Shown piece by piece: positions 50,052 to 62,780 of a DNA stretch of 64,000 bases. The notes beneath the pieces are model-generated. The model worked only from the letters and a program-made list of their open reading frames with translations. It did not search any database and was not told the origin of the DNA. This stretch comes from Octopus sinensis. Lineage: Eukaryota. Every line of letters begins with the position of its first letter. The stretch's first letter is position 1. The DNA is taken from NCBI RefSeq assembly GCF_006345805.1, contig NC_043011.1, positions 26,486,464-26,550,463 of the forward strand, written 5' to 3'. Position numbers and translations under genes: made by a program.

Positions 50052-50172
50052 CCGTTTGTTGCTGGCTCTTTTCTGAACTTCTATGTTGATATTCTGGAGA
50101 GGACCTTTCTTCAGTATGGGTACCTTTCCAGGAATCTTTAATTCATGAGCTACCTGCATGTTTTTCATAAAT
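50052..50172 (-). CDS. EIF2D: EIF2D exon (start of SUI1 domain)
   Basis: tttcag|A FMKNMQVAHELKIPGKVPILKKGPLQNINIEVQKRASNKR|gtaagt. Confidence 0.92.
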
Positions 50173-50987
50173 CTGAAAGAGAAATGCATATATGTAAAAG
50201 AGTTTACTACTCAAATTAGTGAAGGTGTAAGGCCTAGTAGTTAGGCTATTGCACTCACGATTGCTAGATCATGGGCTCAATTCCCTGATTGGGCAGCGCA
50301 TTGTGTTCTTGAGCAAAACACTTCATTTCATGTTACTCCAGGTCCCCCTTTCGATTAGGAGGGAATATTGGCCTGCTCACCTAGCCAGCAGAGTGGCATC
50401 ATTTGAAGGCTAAAACAATGCAAAAAACGCATTGTTACTAGCAATGATAGCCTGGTCGGTCATATGATCACGTGGCTCTAACCACCATCATTTTAACATC
50501 CACTTTTCATACACACATGAGTCAGACAATTTGCTGAGGCAGATTTTCTACAACCAGATGCTCTTCCTCTCACCAACCCTCACTTGCTTCCAAGTAATGT
50601 GATAGTATTCTCCATGAAAAGAGATGTTTTCAAAGAAGATTGAAAACGAAGGACATTGCTTACAATAATGATGACACTCATTAACAACTATCTCAACAAG
50701 TCAAGGATAGGGAAAGTAAAACACATACACAAAATGGGCTTCTGTCAGTCTCCACTCAAGGATGTGGTTAACCAAAGGTCATGGTAGAAGACACTTGCCC
50801 CAAGGTGTCATGCAGTGAGACTGAACCCGAGACTGTATGGTTGGGGAGCAAACTTCTTAACACAAAGCCACGGTTGCACCCAATCCTTAAATATAAATGG
50901 TTTTAAACATGAAACTTGAATGACAGGATCACAAAGCCACTCTTTCTTAAATCAAAGCTCACAGCAGGTAGATGAGGAGTGGTGATA

Positions 50988-51024
<37 letters not shown>

Positions 51025-51028
<4 letters not shown>

Positions 51029-51576
51029 TAATAGTTATCGCCATACTAATATGGCAGTCTATAAATATAAGACTAAAGCTGTCGCTGATTGGCTCCAAGA
51101 GGCCATCGCCTCTAGCTAGCTATGTGACACACGAACCTGCGTCCATTACAACCTTCGAACAGGGGAGGTCAGCCACTTCACCTTGCTAGTCAGATATCTG
51201 CAGACATGTTTCAGGGTTGTTGCCCTTTATCAATGCAGTGTAGTCAGAACCAGCAGGTGTCGTTACTGACCGTCTGTTCAAAGATTTTATTTACCTAGTT
51301 ACAGTGGAATACATCCACTTGTTTTCAATAATAGAAATATTAAAATTTTTAAATTACTAAGACTCTCTAAAGGAGATTACGGCAGCGTTACTGGATATTA
51401 ATAGTTATCGCCATAGTAATATGGCAGTCTATAAATATAAGACTAAAGCTGTCACTGATTAGCTCCAAGATGCCATCACCTCTAGCTAGCTATATGACAC
51501 ACGAACCTGCGTCCATTACAACCTTCGAACAGGGGAGGTCAGCCGCTTCATCTTGCTAGTCAGACATCCGCAGACA
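51025..51576 (-). mobile_element. Retrozyme-like or Penelope pLTR-like element, about 1.5 copies of a 370-bp unit
   Basis: 182-bp direct repeats at 51025-51206 and 51395-51576, offset exactly 370 bp; HHR overlaps the end of copy 1; the element abuts a (TG)n(TA)n tract. Confidence 0.7.
51198..51238 (-). ncRNA. Minimal type I hammerhead ribozyme, U3:A8 variant
   Basis: CUGCA-UUGAUAA-AGGG[CAACAA]CCCU-GAAA-CAUG-UC/UGCAG; helix III is the palindrome ACAUGU. Confidence 0.8.
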
Positions 51577-52060
51577 ATTTACATCTCCAAACATTCAACA
51601 CATTTACTTAAATGCTAATAATAAACACATCATATTGATATAACAGCAATGAAAATCCGCTGGCAGTTTGAGAATATACTTTAAATATTTGGTGGAGAAG
51701 TTGACACTCAGAGAAACTTGGTGTTCACGGCTACTATTGCATTTTTCTCATTCACTACGAATGCTATTTTTCAGTCTTACAGCTTTGTTTCTTGTTACTA
51801 TTACTATCAATACTATTAAATACTGATTTGAAATTTTGGCACAAGGCCAGCAATTTTGGGAGAGAGGATAAGTTGATTAGACAGACCCCAGTGCTCAACC
51901 CTGAAAAGATGAAAAGCAATGTCGACCTTGGTGGTATTTGCACTCAAAACATTGAGCTCAACAAAATGCCTGACATGCAAATGATTCTGCCTGTTTGATA
52001 TTGTTAGATATTGCCATCATATTATTGTTATTCCATTACTGTCACATTACTACTGTATGT

Positions 52061-52430
52061 GGAGGCGCAATGGCCCAGTGGTTAGGGCAGCGGACTCGCG
52101 GTTTCGATTCCCAGACCGGGCATTGTGAGCGTTTATTGAGCGAAAACACCTAAAGCTCCACGAGGCTCCAGCAGGGATGGTGGTGATCCCTGCTGTACTC
52201 TTTCACCACAACTTTCTCTCACTCTTACTTCCTGTTTCTGTTGTACCTGTATTTCAAAGGGCCAGCCTTGTCACTCTCTGTGTCACGCTGAATATCCCCG
52301 AGAACTACGTTAAGGGTACACGTGTCTGTGGAGTGCTCAGCCACTTACACGTTAATTTCACGAGCAGGCTGTTCCGTTGGTCGGATCAACCGGAACCCTC
52401 GTCGTCGTAACCGACGGAGTGCTTCCATCC
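52061..52430 (+). mobile_element. tRNA-derived SINE
   Basis: A-box tggcccagtggttagg and B-box ggtttcgattcc; a partial inverse copy lies at 18721-18880. Confidence 0.8.
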
Positions 52431-53487
52431 ATCCATTACTACTGTATTCATCAGCATCAGTTAACATCAACTTTTCCGTGTTTGCATGGGTCAGATGGAA
52501 TCTGTTGAGGCAGATCTTCTATGGCTGGATGCCCTTCCTGTCACCAACCTTAACTTATTTTCGAGCAAGGAATATTTCCCCTTGACCAAACATGTTTCCA
52601 ATGGAAGGCTGGAAATGAACAATATTGCTTGATGGTGATACTCATTTACAACCATTATGTGATGTCAAGACAACAGAACACATACACATACATATAAACT
52701 ACATATGCACACACAAATAGATAATGATAATAATGTTATCTCAGTTCACTCAAAGAGCATCAGGTGGTGAGAGTTCTCCAAGCAGTACCATTCTGAGCCA
52801 AAATGCAACATTCATCCCAGATGACACACATCTTGGTCAAGTCTTCCCACACTGTCCTTTGCCAAGTTTTCTCCAGCCTGCCTTCTCTTTCTCATGTCCA
52901 CTTCAACTAACCACTTGACAACTGTTGTTTGCATTTGTGCGTGTGTGTGTATGTGTGAGTGTAAACAGTAAGCTTCTTTCAGTTTCCATCTACCAAATCC
53001 ATTCACAAGAATTTGGGCAGCCTAAGACCCATAGTCGAAGACACTTGCCCAAGCTGGAGCACAGTAGGACTGAACCCAAGACCACATGATTGTGAAGCAA
53101 ACTTCTCAACCATACTGCCATGTCTATTAAACAGTAATATTTCCATTTGAATCAGAAGTAAATCCATATATAGGACTGACATAAATATAGAATTACAGTA
53201 ATCCATCACCTATCACAGTTTATTATTTAAGCTTACATTGATTCCTCTGTGGTGTTGTTTTGCATTTATAATAAAATAAATATATACAAATTACAATTAT
53301 AATAAAATAAAAACAGTACAGTACAGTACTGTTTCTGCATCGTGGTTTTTCACCATCATGGGGGGTTTTGGAACGTAACAACCATAATAGTCAAGGAATT
53401 TACTGCATTTAAAATCCATTAAAATTACATTCAATAACATAGAAATCAATAAAATCTCAACAAAAGCTCTTACGTTGTTAATCTTAC

Positions 53488-53580
53488 CTTGATATCAGGT
53501 CTTTCCAGCCTAAGTAAAATTTGTTATTTTCACCAGAACGCAGAACAATTCCTGCTAAAACAGGATCTAACTGCACCATA
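53488..53580 (-). CDS. EIF2D: EIF2D exon (SWIB/MDM2-like domain)
   Basis: ttgcag|T MVQLDPVLAGIVLRSGENNKFYLGWKDLIS AG|gtaag. Confidence 0.9.
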
Positions 53581-54715
53581 CTGCAACAAGAAGATTTTGC
53601 TTTACTATCACGCTAAGAAGCATAGGTAGATGATAATGGTGGTGTTGGTGTTGGTGGCAGCTGTTGTTGCAACCACCCTCACCATTAACAAAGAAGGTAG
53701 AATAAGGAAAAGGAATATCTCGCTAGTGCTGGTGCCACATGAAAAATACCAAGTCCATTCTGTAGAGTGGTTGGCATTAGAAAGGTCATCCAGCTATAAA
53801 AATCATGCCAAAGCAGACAATGGGGCTTGGTGCAGTCTTTCGGCTTGCCTGCTCCTGTCAAGCCGTCCAACCCATGCCAGCATGGAAAATGGATGTATGA
53901 GGATGATGATAAAATGCCCTAAGAGTGTTTTCAAGTAAGAGACTAGTATTCCACCAGTCCTCAAAACTGCAGAGTTACAGGATGTATTCCTCAGAGGGAA
54001 AAGGAGCTGGCTAGGCAGAAGACTGCACCAGGCTTTACTGTCTGTTATGGCTGGATGCCCTTCCTAACATCAAGTACTCAACAGAGTGGACTGAGTACTT
54101 TTTATGTGGAACCTGCAGCAGTGAGGTCTTTTTTTGCATGGTTTTTACAACTGGATGCCCTTCCAAATGCCAGCCACTTTATAGTTTTGACTGCATACTT
54201 TTTACATGTGATTAAAATGTCATATAAAGGAATCAGAAGACAAATTCTTCAAGTCAAGCTAACCAGCTTGTTATTTGTTTCCAGTGGTGGACCAAAAATG
54301 AGATGGTTGGATGATACACAAAGTCTCAATTGGTCACACTTAGGGATCCAGTTGGGAAGTTTCTGAAAGCACCCTGTGGAGGAGGTACCTGAGGACTATC
54401 CCATCGATCCTCCCAAGAACAGTGGGCAGAGAAGATGGCTGGATGGAGGTCAATAAAGCATGTCCATAGTTAAGGAATTTGGAAATTAGAATTCAGGGGA
54501 AACCACCCAAAAAAACTTCAATATGCTCTAGAATTGTCAAAGACATGCTTCAATTTTATTAAAATTGAATAAAATAAAAAAATGATTTCACACATACATG
54601 ATGAACAAAATGAACAACAACAACAACATAATAATAATAATAATAATAACAATATAAATAAAATGTGAAATATTTTGGTGTATGACTTTTGCCCACCCTC
54701 TATGTTTATTCTTAC

Positions 54716-54805
54716 CTTTGGCTTCTATCAAACTTTAATTCATTTTTCTTTACATAATCTGTTATGACAGCTCTCACATCAGCTGGTAGCATAGTACTTC
54801 CTTTG
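54716..54805 (-). CDS. EIF2D: EIF2D exon (SWIB/MDM2-like domain)
   Basis: gccag|C KGSTMLPADVRAVITDYVKKNELKFDRSQ AG|gtaag. Confidence 0.9.
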
Positions 54806-55836
54806 CTGGCATTGTTAAAATTAAAAGAAAAACTATTGATTAGTTAAAGTAAAAATACAATTGTATTCAAATAGAAAAAAATTAACACACATTTGATGAG
54901 TTTCTTACTTGTTAAAAAACAGAAACATGACTTGAATTGTGTCCTATATTTCTAAAAAAAAACTTAATAAAAAGTGTGTGTGTGTGGCAGGGTGAATCCT
55001 TGTCTTCACATCACATATTTGTGAATGAGTGTCACTATCATCGAAGATGTATTATTTGTTTCCTATATTCTGAGAAATCATGTCTGGCCATAGGAAACCT
55101 TGCTTGATAACAAGTGAGTGTTGATGACAAGAATTGATGTTCAACCTTGGAAAATTTGCCTTATAATGCTTCATCCAACGTATACAAGAATGGAAAGGTG
55201 GACATTGAAACTATGACCTTGATGATAACTTTGAATGTTGAAGAAATTAGATCAGTGAATTTGAAGTAATTCACTTTTAATCAAACATATTCCACAACTA
55301 AATAGATTCAGATACACACACACACATATATCAGAAACTCCCTTTCTCTAGGCAATGGTGGTGGTAATGGGACCCTACACAGTGGTTCAACCTGCTAGAA
55401 ATAACTGCCAAATCTCCTATTCATCATCATCGTTTAACGTCTGTTTTCCATACTAGCATGGGTTGGGCGGTTCGACCAGGATCTGGGAAGCCAGGAGGCT
55501 GCACCAGGCTCCAGTATGATCTGGCAGTGTTTCTACAGCTGGATGCCCTTCCTAACGCCAACCACTCCGTGAGTGTAGTAGGTGCTTTTTACATGCCACC
55601 GGCACAGGGGCCCGATGAGGCTGGCATCTGGCCCCTGTGCCGGTGGCACGTAAAAAGCACCTACTATACTTACGGAGTGGTTCTTAAGATAATAGGAGAT
55701 TTGACAATGTGGTACTGAATGCACTTAACCACTCAGTTTAAAGACACCAACTGGCTCTTGAATTTCTTCAGCAGTGTCTAGAGAGAAAGGAGATATTATT
55801 GACACCGATTAAAATAAAATTAAATATCTAACTTAC

Positions 55837-55971
55837 TCATAACCATATTCTTTCAAAACTGGCAAAACTGCTGCTGTCACAATCCGCATTTCAGTAATTT
55901 TGGGTAGTTGAAAATCATCCTCAGACTCTTTCATTTGTTCCGTAATATCAGGAACAATCAAATCTCTAAGC
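55837..55971 (-). CDS. EIF2D: EIF2D exon
   Basis: ttgtag|G LRDLIVPDITEQMKE...VLKEYGY GA|gtaagt. Confidence 0.9.
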
Positions 55972-56493
55972 CTACAAAAATATAGAAATTTTAATTGAAA
56001 ATAAATACTTATGAGTTTACCACTACACATAAAGACAGATGAATTTCAATTTAATTCTCCACAATAAGACCTCTTTAAGAACAACTAATTTTCTTAAGCC
56101 CAGCAAAAACAGTTCATACACAAGCATCATACAGTCTGCCTTTCAGAGAGAATACATGTTTAAACTTTCTCCACCCTGTTCTTACACGGGCTACTATATT
56201 TGAGAACAACCCCCAACACTACTAATTAAGCCATCTAGATAACAGATTAAATCTCCAATAAATATGCTGTATTAGGCTACATTTCATACCACCAAACATT
56301 ATATGATAGCATATCCAATATAGTCCTGACTTAGATTGAAGTCTGCTATATTAGGTATGATGGCTTGTCTTAAATGCACAAAAAAAAGTTAGGCATCAAG
56401 TGTTTTTTTTTTTAAACCCATCACCTTATACAAGAAAATTAATAATTAAATTTTAAAACTATAAAGAAAATAAAAATTGAGTTGTAATCTTAC

Positions 56494-56597
56494 TCTGCAT
56501 GGTCTTTATTTAACCATATTATTTCATCAACACCTTTACTTTTTGGGGCCACTTTTATAAAATCATTATCTTGCATTTCTTGTAGAAATTTTGAAAG
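56494..56597 (-). CDS. EIF2D: EIF2D exon
   Basis: ctcag|LSKFLQEMQDNDFIKVAPKSKGVDEIIWLNKDHA GA|gtaag. Confidence 0.9.
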
Positions 56598-56898
56598 CTG
56601 AGAAAGAGTAAAATAATTTTTTTTTTATTCACAAAATTAAATGAAAATAGAAGACATCATACAGCAAAGGTGATAAAAATAAAATAAAATTCCCTTAATT
56701 CTGATTCATAAAGAAACAATTTCATACTGAATTTCAAACTGTAATTTATTTCCCAAGTCCATGTAAGTTTGATTAACTTCACCAAACTAAGAAGTTTAAA
56801 TTTTAAAGTGTTTATGGTTATCCCATATTTCATTTCAGTGTCAACAAGAAACATCATAAAGACAGCTATAGAAGTTCTATTTCCTCATCATTGTTGAT

Positions 56899-57121
56899 TT
56901 AAACCCTTTAGTATTTAAACTGGCAATATTTAGTCCAAATATTCTATTTTATATTCAAACTGACTGGATTTGGCCTCTTACACTTACCTTACAATGTCAT
57001 TCTAAAGATAAACAATCACATCATCAAAATCTTGCAATTACAAGATAATTCAAGATTAATTCAAAAGAATGTGAATGAATAAGGATTACATGATACAGTA
57101 ATCTAAATGCTAATGGGTTAA
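56899..57121. mobile_element. TTAA-flanked MITE
   Basis: ttaaaccctttagtatt ... aatgctaatgggttaa. Confidence 0.65.
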
Positions 57122-59317
57122 TATATGGTTTCTTACACTGACAAGAGTTGGATAGAGTGTACAAGCCAAACATCTTTTTATTACATCTTATGGCATTGCA
57201 TTTCACAGTCCCATACATCTTTAGCACACCTAAACCCACCTTGCTCAGAATACTTTCTGCAAAAAGGCACACAGCACATTTTAACTTAATGTAATTTTAA
57301 GACATATTCAACTGCTATTAACAGTAACACTAAGAACTTAACAGAGAAAAGAAAACAAGCATAATAAATGGTTGTAGTTACTGGTAACAAATAAAAGGGT
57401 AAAAAAAAAAAGAGAGTAAAAACCCCCTTCAATCATGAAAGACCATGGGTTTGCACCCAGAAAGTTACCTTCCAAGGAACAATCTGAGTAAGGTTGTTTA
57501 TGGAAGACCTGCAGTTGGCCATGCATACAAACCACTGATGTTATCCAAGGGAAAGGCAAACACTGATACAGCTTGGCACCAGTGACATTGCAACTTATTT
57601 CTACAGCTGAGTGAACTAGAGCAACGTGAAATTAGGTGTCTTGCTCAAGAACACAACACACAACCTGATCCGGGAATCAAACTCACTACCTTATGATTGT
57701 GAGCCCGATGTTCTAATCACTGAACCATGTGCTTGCACTCTGCATATGATTTCTACTAACATAAAAACATGAGACTTGGTCAACATGTACACAATTCTTA
57801 CATGTATGCCAGTAGAAATGTTATTAAAAAATAAACATCATCATCATTTAACATCCCTTTTCCAAGCTTGCATGGGTCAGACAGAATTTGTGGAGGAAGA
57901 TTTTCTACAGCTGGATGCTCTTCCTGTTACAAACCCTTACCTGTTTCCAAGCAAGGTAATATTTCCCCATGGCAAGACATGTTTTTTATGAAGGAAAGAA
58001 ACAGCTCTGCTTGTATGATGGTAATGCTTGTTTACAACCATCACATGATGTCAAGGCAAAGATACACACACACACATATATATTAGTTCGCTCTGCTGGG
58101 TGTTAGGAAGGGCATCCAGCTGTAAAAATCCTGCCAAAACGGTCAAGAAGTCTGGTGGAGGCTTCTGCCTGGCTGGCTCCTGTCAAACTGTCTTACCTAT
58201 GCCAGCATGGAAGGCTGATGTTAAACGATGATGACAATATATAAATGAATAAATACATACACAATAGGCTTCTTTCAGTTTCCATCTACCAGTCCACTCC
58301 CAAGACTTTGGCCGGCCCACTGTGCAGCATCTTGAGCAAGTCTCTTCTATAATAACCGAACTAACCAAAGCCTTCTGAGTGGATTTGGTAGATGGTAACA
58401 GAAACAAGCATGCATGTATGTATTTATTTATTCATGTACGTATGGTAATTGTGTGTACCTTTGTTTACAACCACCACATAATGGTTCACACTAGTAATGT
58501 TGCATGTTTTCAGTATTCCATGAAAAACATGTCAAACTATGGGTAAATATCACCTTGCTTGGAAACAGGCGAAGGTAGGCTACAGGAAAGGCATCCAACC
58601 ATAGAAAAATCTGCTTCAATAAACTCCATCCAGTGCATGCAAGCATGCTGAAGTGGACATTTAATGATAATGACATGTAGATATGGCTCTTGTATAAATG
58701 TTCTAAAGAAAAACACGAACTAGCATCACAAGGAACACAAAATCCTGACCATAAGCAATTGAACACATCGGGCATGGCTGTGTGGTTAGGGAGCTTGCTT
58801 CTTAGCTACATGGTTTTAGGTTCAGTCTCACTGCGTGGCACTTTGGGCAGGTGTCTTCCACTATAGCCCCGAGTCGACCAAAGCTTTGTGATTGAATTCG
58901 GTAGGCGGAAGTTACTGCCGTGTGTGTATATGTGCGTGTAGGTGCTCAGTGCCTCTCCGAAAGAAGAGAGGGAGGGACAACATTGAGTTAATGTTTCAAG
59001 ACAATTGATGAAGACTAAAATAATAGTAGAAATAGACATTAAGTAACAACTAGTTCTTGTCACAGGTTTCCAACCTATAGAAGTGTGTTATGCCACCACA
59101 AATTGTTCCAGTTTTTGTCTTTTGCACTGCACTTATAAATTGCTCCATTTGCATGTTATTTAGAGTAAAGTGTTAGCCATAATCAACTTTACATTAATAT
59201 ATTTTATATAAATGTATAAGTCTGAATAAACAAGTATTAGTTGATTAAAATGCAGGTGTGTTTTAACTCAGTTATTTCACCTACTGGATAATAATTTTTA
59301 GTGATCAGGAAATTTAC

Positions 59318-59363
59318 CTTTTTATAGGAAGATTTCTTAACTTCAAGTGTTTTACCTTCAGGG
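59318..59363 (-). CDS. EIF2D: EIF2D 46-nt exon
   Basis: ttgtag|C PEGKTLEVKKSSYKK|gtaaat. Confidence 0.9.
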
Positions 59364-60728
59364 CTACAATCAAAAATAAAGATACTGCTTGATTACAACT
59401 GTAGAAAATTAAGGACTGAATTAAAGGGAGGCAAGAAGAAATAAAGAAATATATATGAAAATGCTAAACTGGGAAAGTGAAAAGAAAAGAAAAAAAAATT
59501 CAATGATTATCATATCTTTAAAAATAGAAATATCCTTAGAACTAGATGTTACTTCACTTCAAAGACTTCATATGATTTATAAAATACATTTTATAAACTA
59601 CATTTTGTTCAAGATTTCAATTTGAGGAAACACTGTTCTCTATTTATATTATATCTATCTTCTGTTTTCAAGAAATATATTTTAGCTATCAGTATTACTT
59701 AAATTATACTATCTTTGTTTATTGTAATTAAATCTCCATTCAGAATTAATTGCACATAAATCACTGTTGCCCAGATAATAGAGTAAACACATTTAATAAT
59801 TAAAAATATATATTTGCTGCTAAGTATTTTAATCTAAAACGTATCACAAAAAATACTCATTAAATTTGTATACATTTAATCATTGATTATTGAGCTGCAC
59901 TTACTGGCTTCTATTTAAAATTTATACAACTATTTTTCGATGTCGGTATGAATTGGGACATTCTGAAAATATATGAGACACTAGTATAAGATATTAGAGT
60001 TTATATTTACTACAGTTGAATACCTTTCTTAAAATTAGTCACTCAAAGATCATTTTTCATCCATATAGATTGAAATCATTAGGAAAAACCTGCCTAGTCC
60101 TGTCTACAGTGTCAATGCAACAGTAACTGGGACTGAAAAATGTTCACAAGAACTCAGTCAAAGGCTTGTATAACTCAACAGAAATGCTACAATTGTAGTA
60201 GTTTAAACTGAAGATGTTTGAAAGAAAGAACCACTTTATAAATACAGACAGCATATATACCATCATCATCATCATCATTTAGCGTCCGTTTTCCATGCTA
60301 GCATGGGTTGGATGGTTTAACTGGGGTCTGTGAAGCCGGAAGGCTTCATCAGGCCCAGTCAGATTTGGCAGTGTTTCTACGGCTGGATGCCCTTCCTAAC
60401 GCCAACCACTCCGTGAGTGTAGTGGGTGCTTTTTACGTGCCACCTGCACAGGTGCCAGACAGAGCTGGCAAGCGGCCATGAACGGATGGTGATTTTACGT
60501 GCCACCGGCATGGGGGCCAGGCAGGGCTGGCAACGGACACGAACGGATGGTGCTTTTACGTGCCACCGACATCTTAAAAAATTTCATGGAAAGTAGCTGA
60601 ATATGTTTAGTTGTATTACAATGCAGAAGGAATACCAAAAAAAAAAAAAACCTCAAAATTGGCAGAAAGGGAGTGAAAATCATATTTTGGGCAAAATTTA
60701 TATTTTCAAAACAAAACTGTTTACTAAC

Positions 60729-60846
60729 CAAAAAGCTTTCATATGATTTCGGAAAAAAGTTATTGTCATTATAGGGAGTTCTTTTTCTTTAACTTTAGAT
60801 TTCAAGGCACAAAGGAAGCAGTGACGTAATAGGGAGTCCATCTCCT
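60729..60846 (-). CDS. EIF2D: EIF2D exon
   Basis: ttttatag|AG ... EMDSLLRHCFLCALKSKVKEKELPIMTITFFRNHMKAF TG|gttagt; resembles human eIF2D as recalled (QMDELLQQCFLHALK). Confidence 0.9.
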
Positions 60847-61214
60847 CTATAAAAGAAATAAAGACATATCATGAAGCAAGAAAGAATTCTTATAAACGGT
60901 TAAAAGGTGTACAGTTTATATTTAGTGTAATAAGAAAGATTTATCGATGTTATTCTTGTTTAGCTCCCAAGCCAGACTTATAGTTGGCACATAGATAGTC
61001 ACTTGAATGACTAGGTGGACTTTGTGGTGGCAATGCAAATATATACATATGATGCATATATATAAATACACGTGTGTGTGTGTTTGAGATTAGTTATTGT
61101 ATAGTTTCTTCCTGTCAAATATCATTCACATAGCATTGGTCAACCTAAGACCGTAACATAGAAGGCACTTGTCTGAGATGGAAATGGAAGCTATATAGTT
61201 AGGTTAAGTTAATT

Positions 61215-61490
61215 TTTTGGCTCAAAAAGCAAGGCCATGTAGGGGGACATGGAGTTATGTACAGGGAGGGCGTTCATGCAGAGAGTTCAGGCCATTTCTG
61301 GTCAAGAGAGACTTTGAACCGAGCGGTCGTCGGCATCTTCACTATTTCGTCCGGCAGCTTATTCCACGGATCCGCAACCTGGACGGAGAAAGCCCCTCTC
61401 CTTCGATTGAGATGAAATCGTCGCAGATAGAGCTTTTCGGAGTGACCCCGCAGCCGACGCTCTGGAGTAGGAGTGAAAGATTGCAAAGCA
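61215..61490 (-). mobile_element. CR1/L2-type LINE 3' fragment
   Basis: RLRGHSEKLYLRRFHLNRRRGAFSVQVADPWNKLPDEIV. Confidence 0.8.
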
Positions 61491-62549
61491 AAGCAAATTT
61501 CTTAACCACACCAACAATGTATGCTGCTAATGAGAGTCTTTCAGTCAAGCTTCTAAATTTATACTCCTCATTAAAAGATGAGAAGAGCTCCAATCTTCAA
61601 ACACATATGCACACAAACACCCCAACACCAGCACTACAACCATCTTATCCTTTTGAGGTAATACTGATTCAAAGACATTAGCTTAAGCTAATATTATGTT
61701 AGAGTATTGTGTCTACAACCATGTATATCTGGAGCAAATCATAAAATGGGAGTGGGGGAGGCAGAAAATATAAGGTTCATAGCTTCACTTTAGAATAAAC
61801 TTGATGACATAATTTTTGTTTTGTTTACTTCCTCATCTTAAAAGTAAGAATGACAAAACCACAATGTATTTCTTTTTTCTTCATTATCTGATTTAAAGTA
61901 TAAAATGTCAGACATCATATCACTGAGTATATAATAATTAGAATCTGAATAAATTTAGTGAGAATAAAGTTATTGCCATTTTCTGCACTCTTTACAAAGA
62001 CTGGATTATATGTGTATTTGCTTTCACGGAAATCATCATTATCATCGTTTAACACCCTCCTTCCATGCTGGCATAGGTTGGATGGTTTGACAGGAGCTGG
62101 CCAGACAGAAGCCGGCACTATACTTCTGTGTCTGTTCTGGCATGGGTTTTTATGGCTGGATGCCCTTCCTAACAGCAATCACTGTGCAGAGTGGGCTGAG
62201 TGCCTTTTAAAAGGCACCAGCACAGGCAGGGTCAGTTTTGGCATGGTTTTTACAGCTAGATGCCCTTCCAAATGCCAACCACTTTAGTGTGGACTGGATG
62301 CTTTTTAAGCGGCACCTGCACTGACAAGGTCACCAAGTAACTAAGCAAAACAAGGAATCTTTGAGAGAGGAAGAGGAATGGAGGTGATCTTGTGCCAGAT
62401 GATGAAAGGTTAGAGTATGACAGAGACAGAAACAGATGTCTTGGTGTAGAGGAGGTACATGGTTACCCAGTCAGAGAGAGAGAGAGAGAGAGAGAAATGG
62501 AAGACAAATGAAAGATGGGAACAAAGCAAGCGAGAACGTAACGAAATAC

Positions 62550-62744
62550 CTTGTGTATTTACAGGTTCATCATCTTCATCATCATAATTATCATTATGAT
62601 CTTCTATTGACTCACTGTCAACTGGCAAATTAGTATCATCTTCATCATTAGAATCATTTAAATTAAGCTGCTCTAAGTTCTGAACTGAAGGTTGACCTTC
62701 TTCAGCATCATAACTGGCTGCCTCGGAGTTGTCACTAACCGTAT
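62550..62744 (-). CDS. EIF2D: EIF2D exon (acidic linker); first exon I can place, 5' part not identified
   Basis: tttttgtag|AT ... DTVSDNSE...EPVNTQ G|gtattt; phase 1 fits the next exon, giving TQEEMDSLL. Confidence 0.75.
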
Positions 62745-62748
62745 CTAC

Positions 62749-62780
<32 letters not shown>

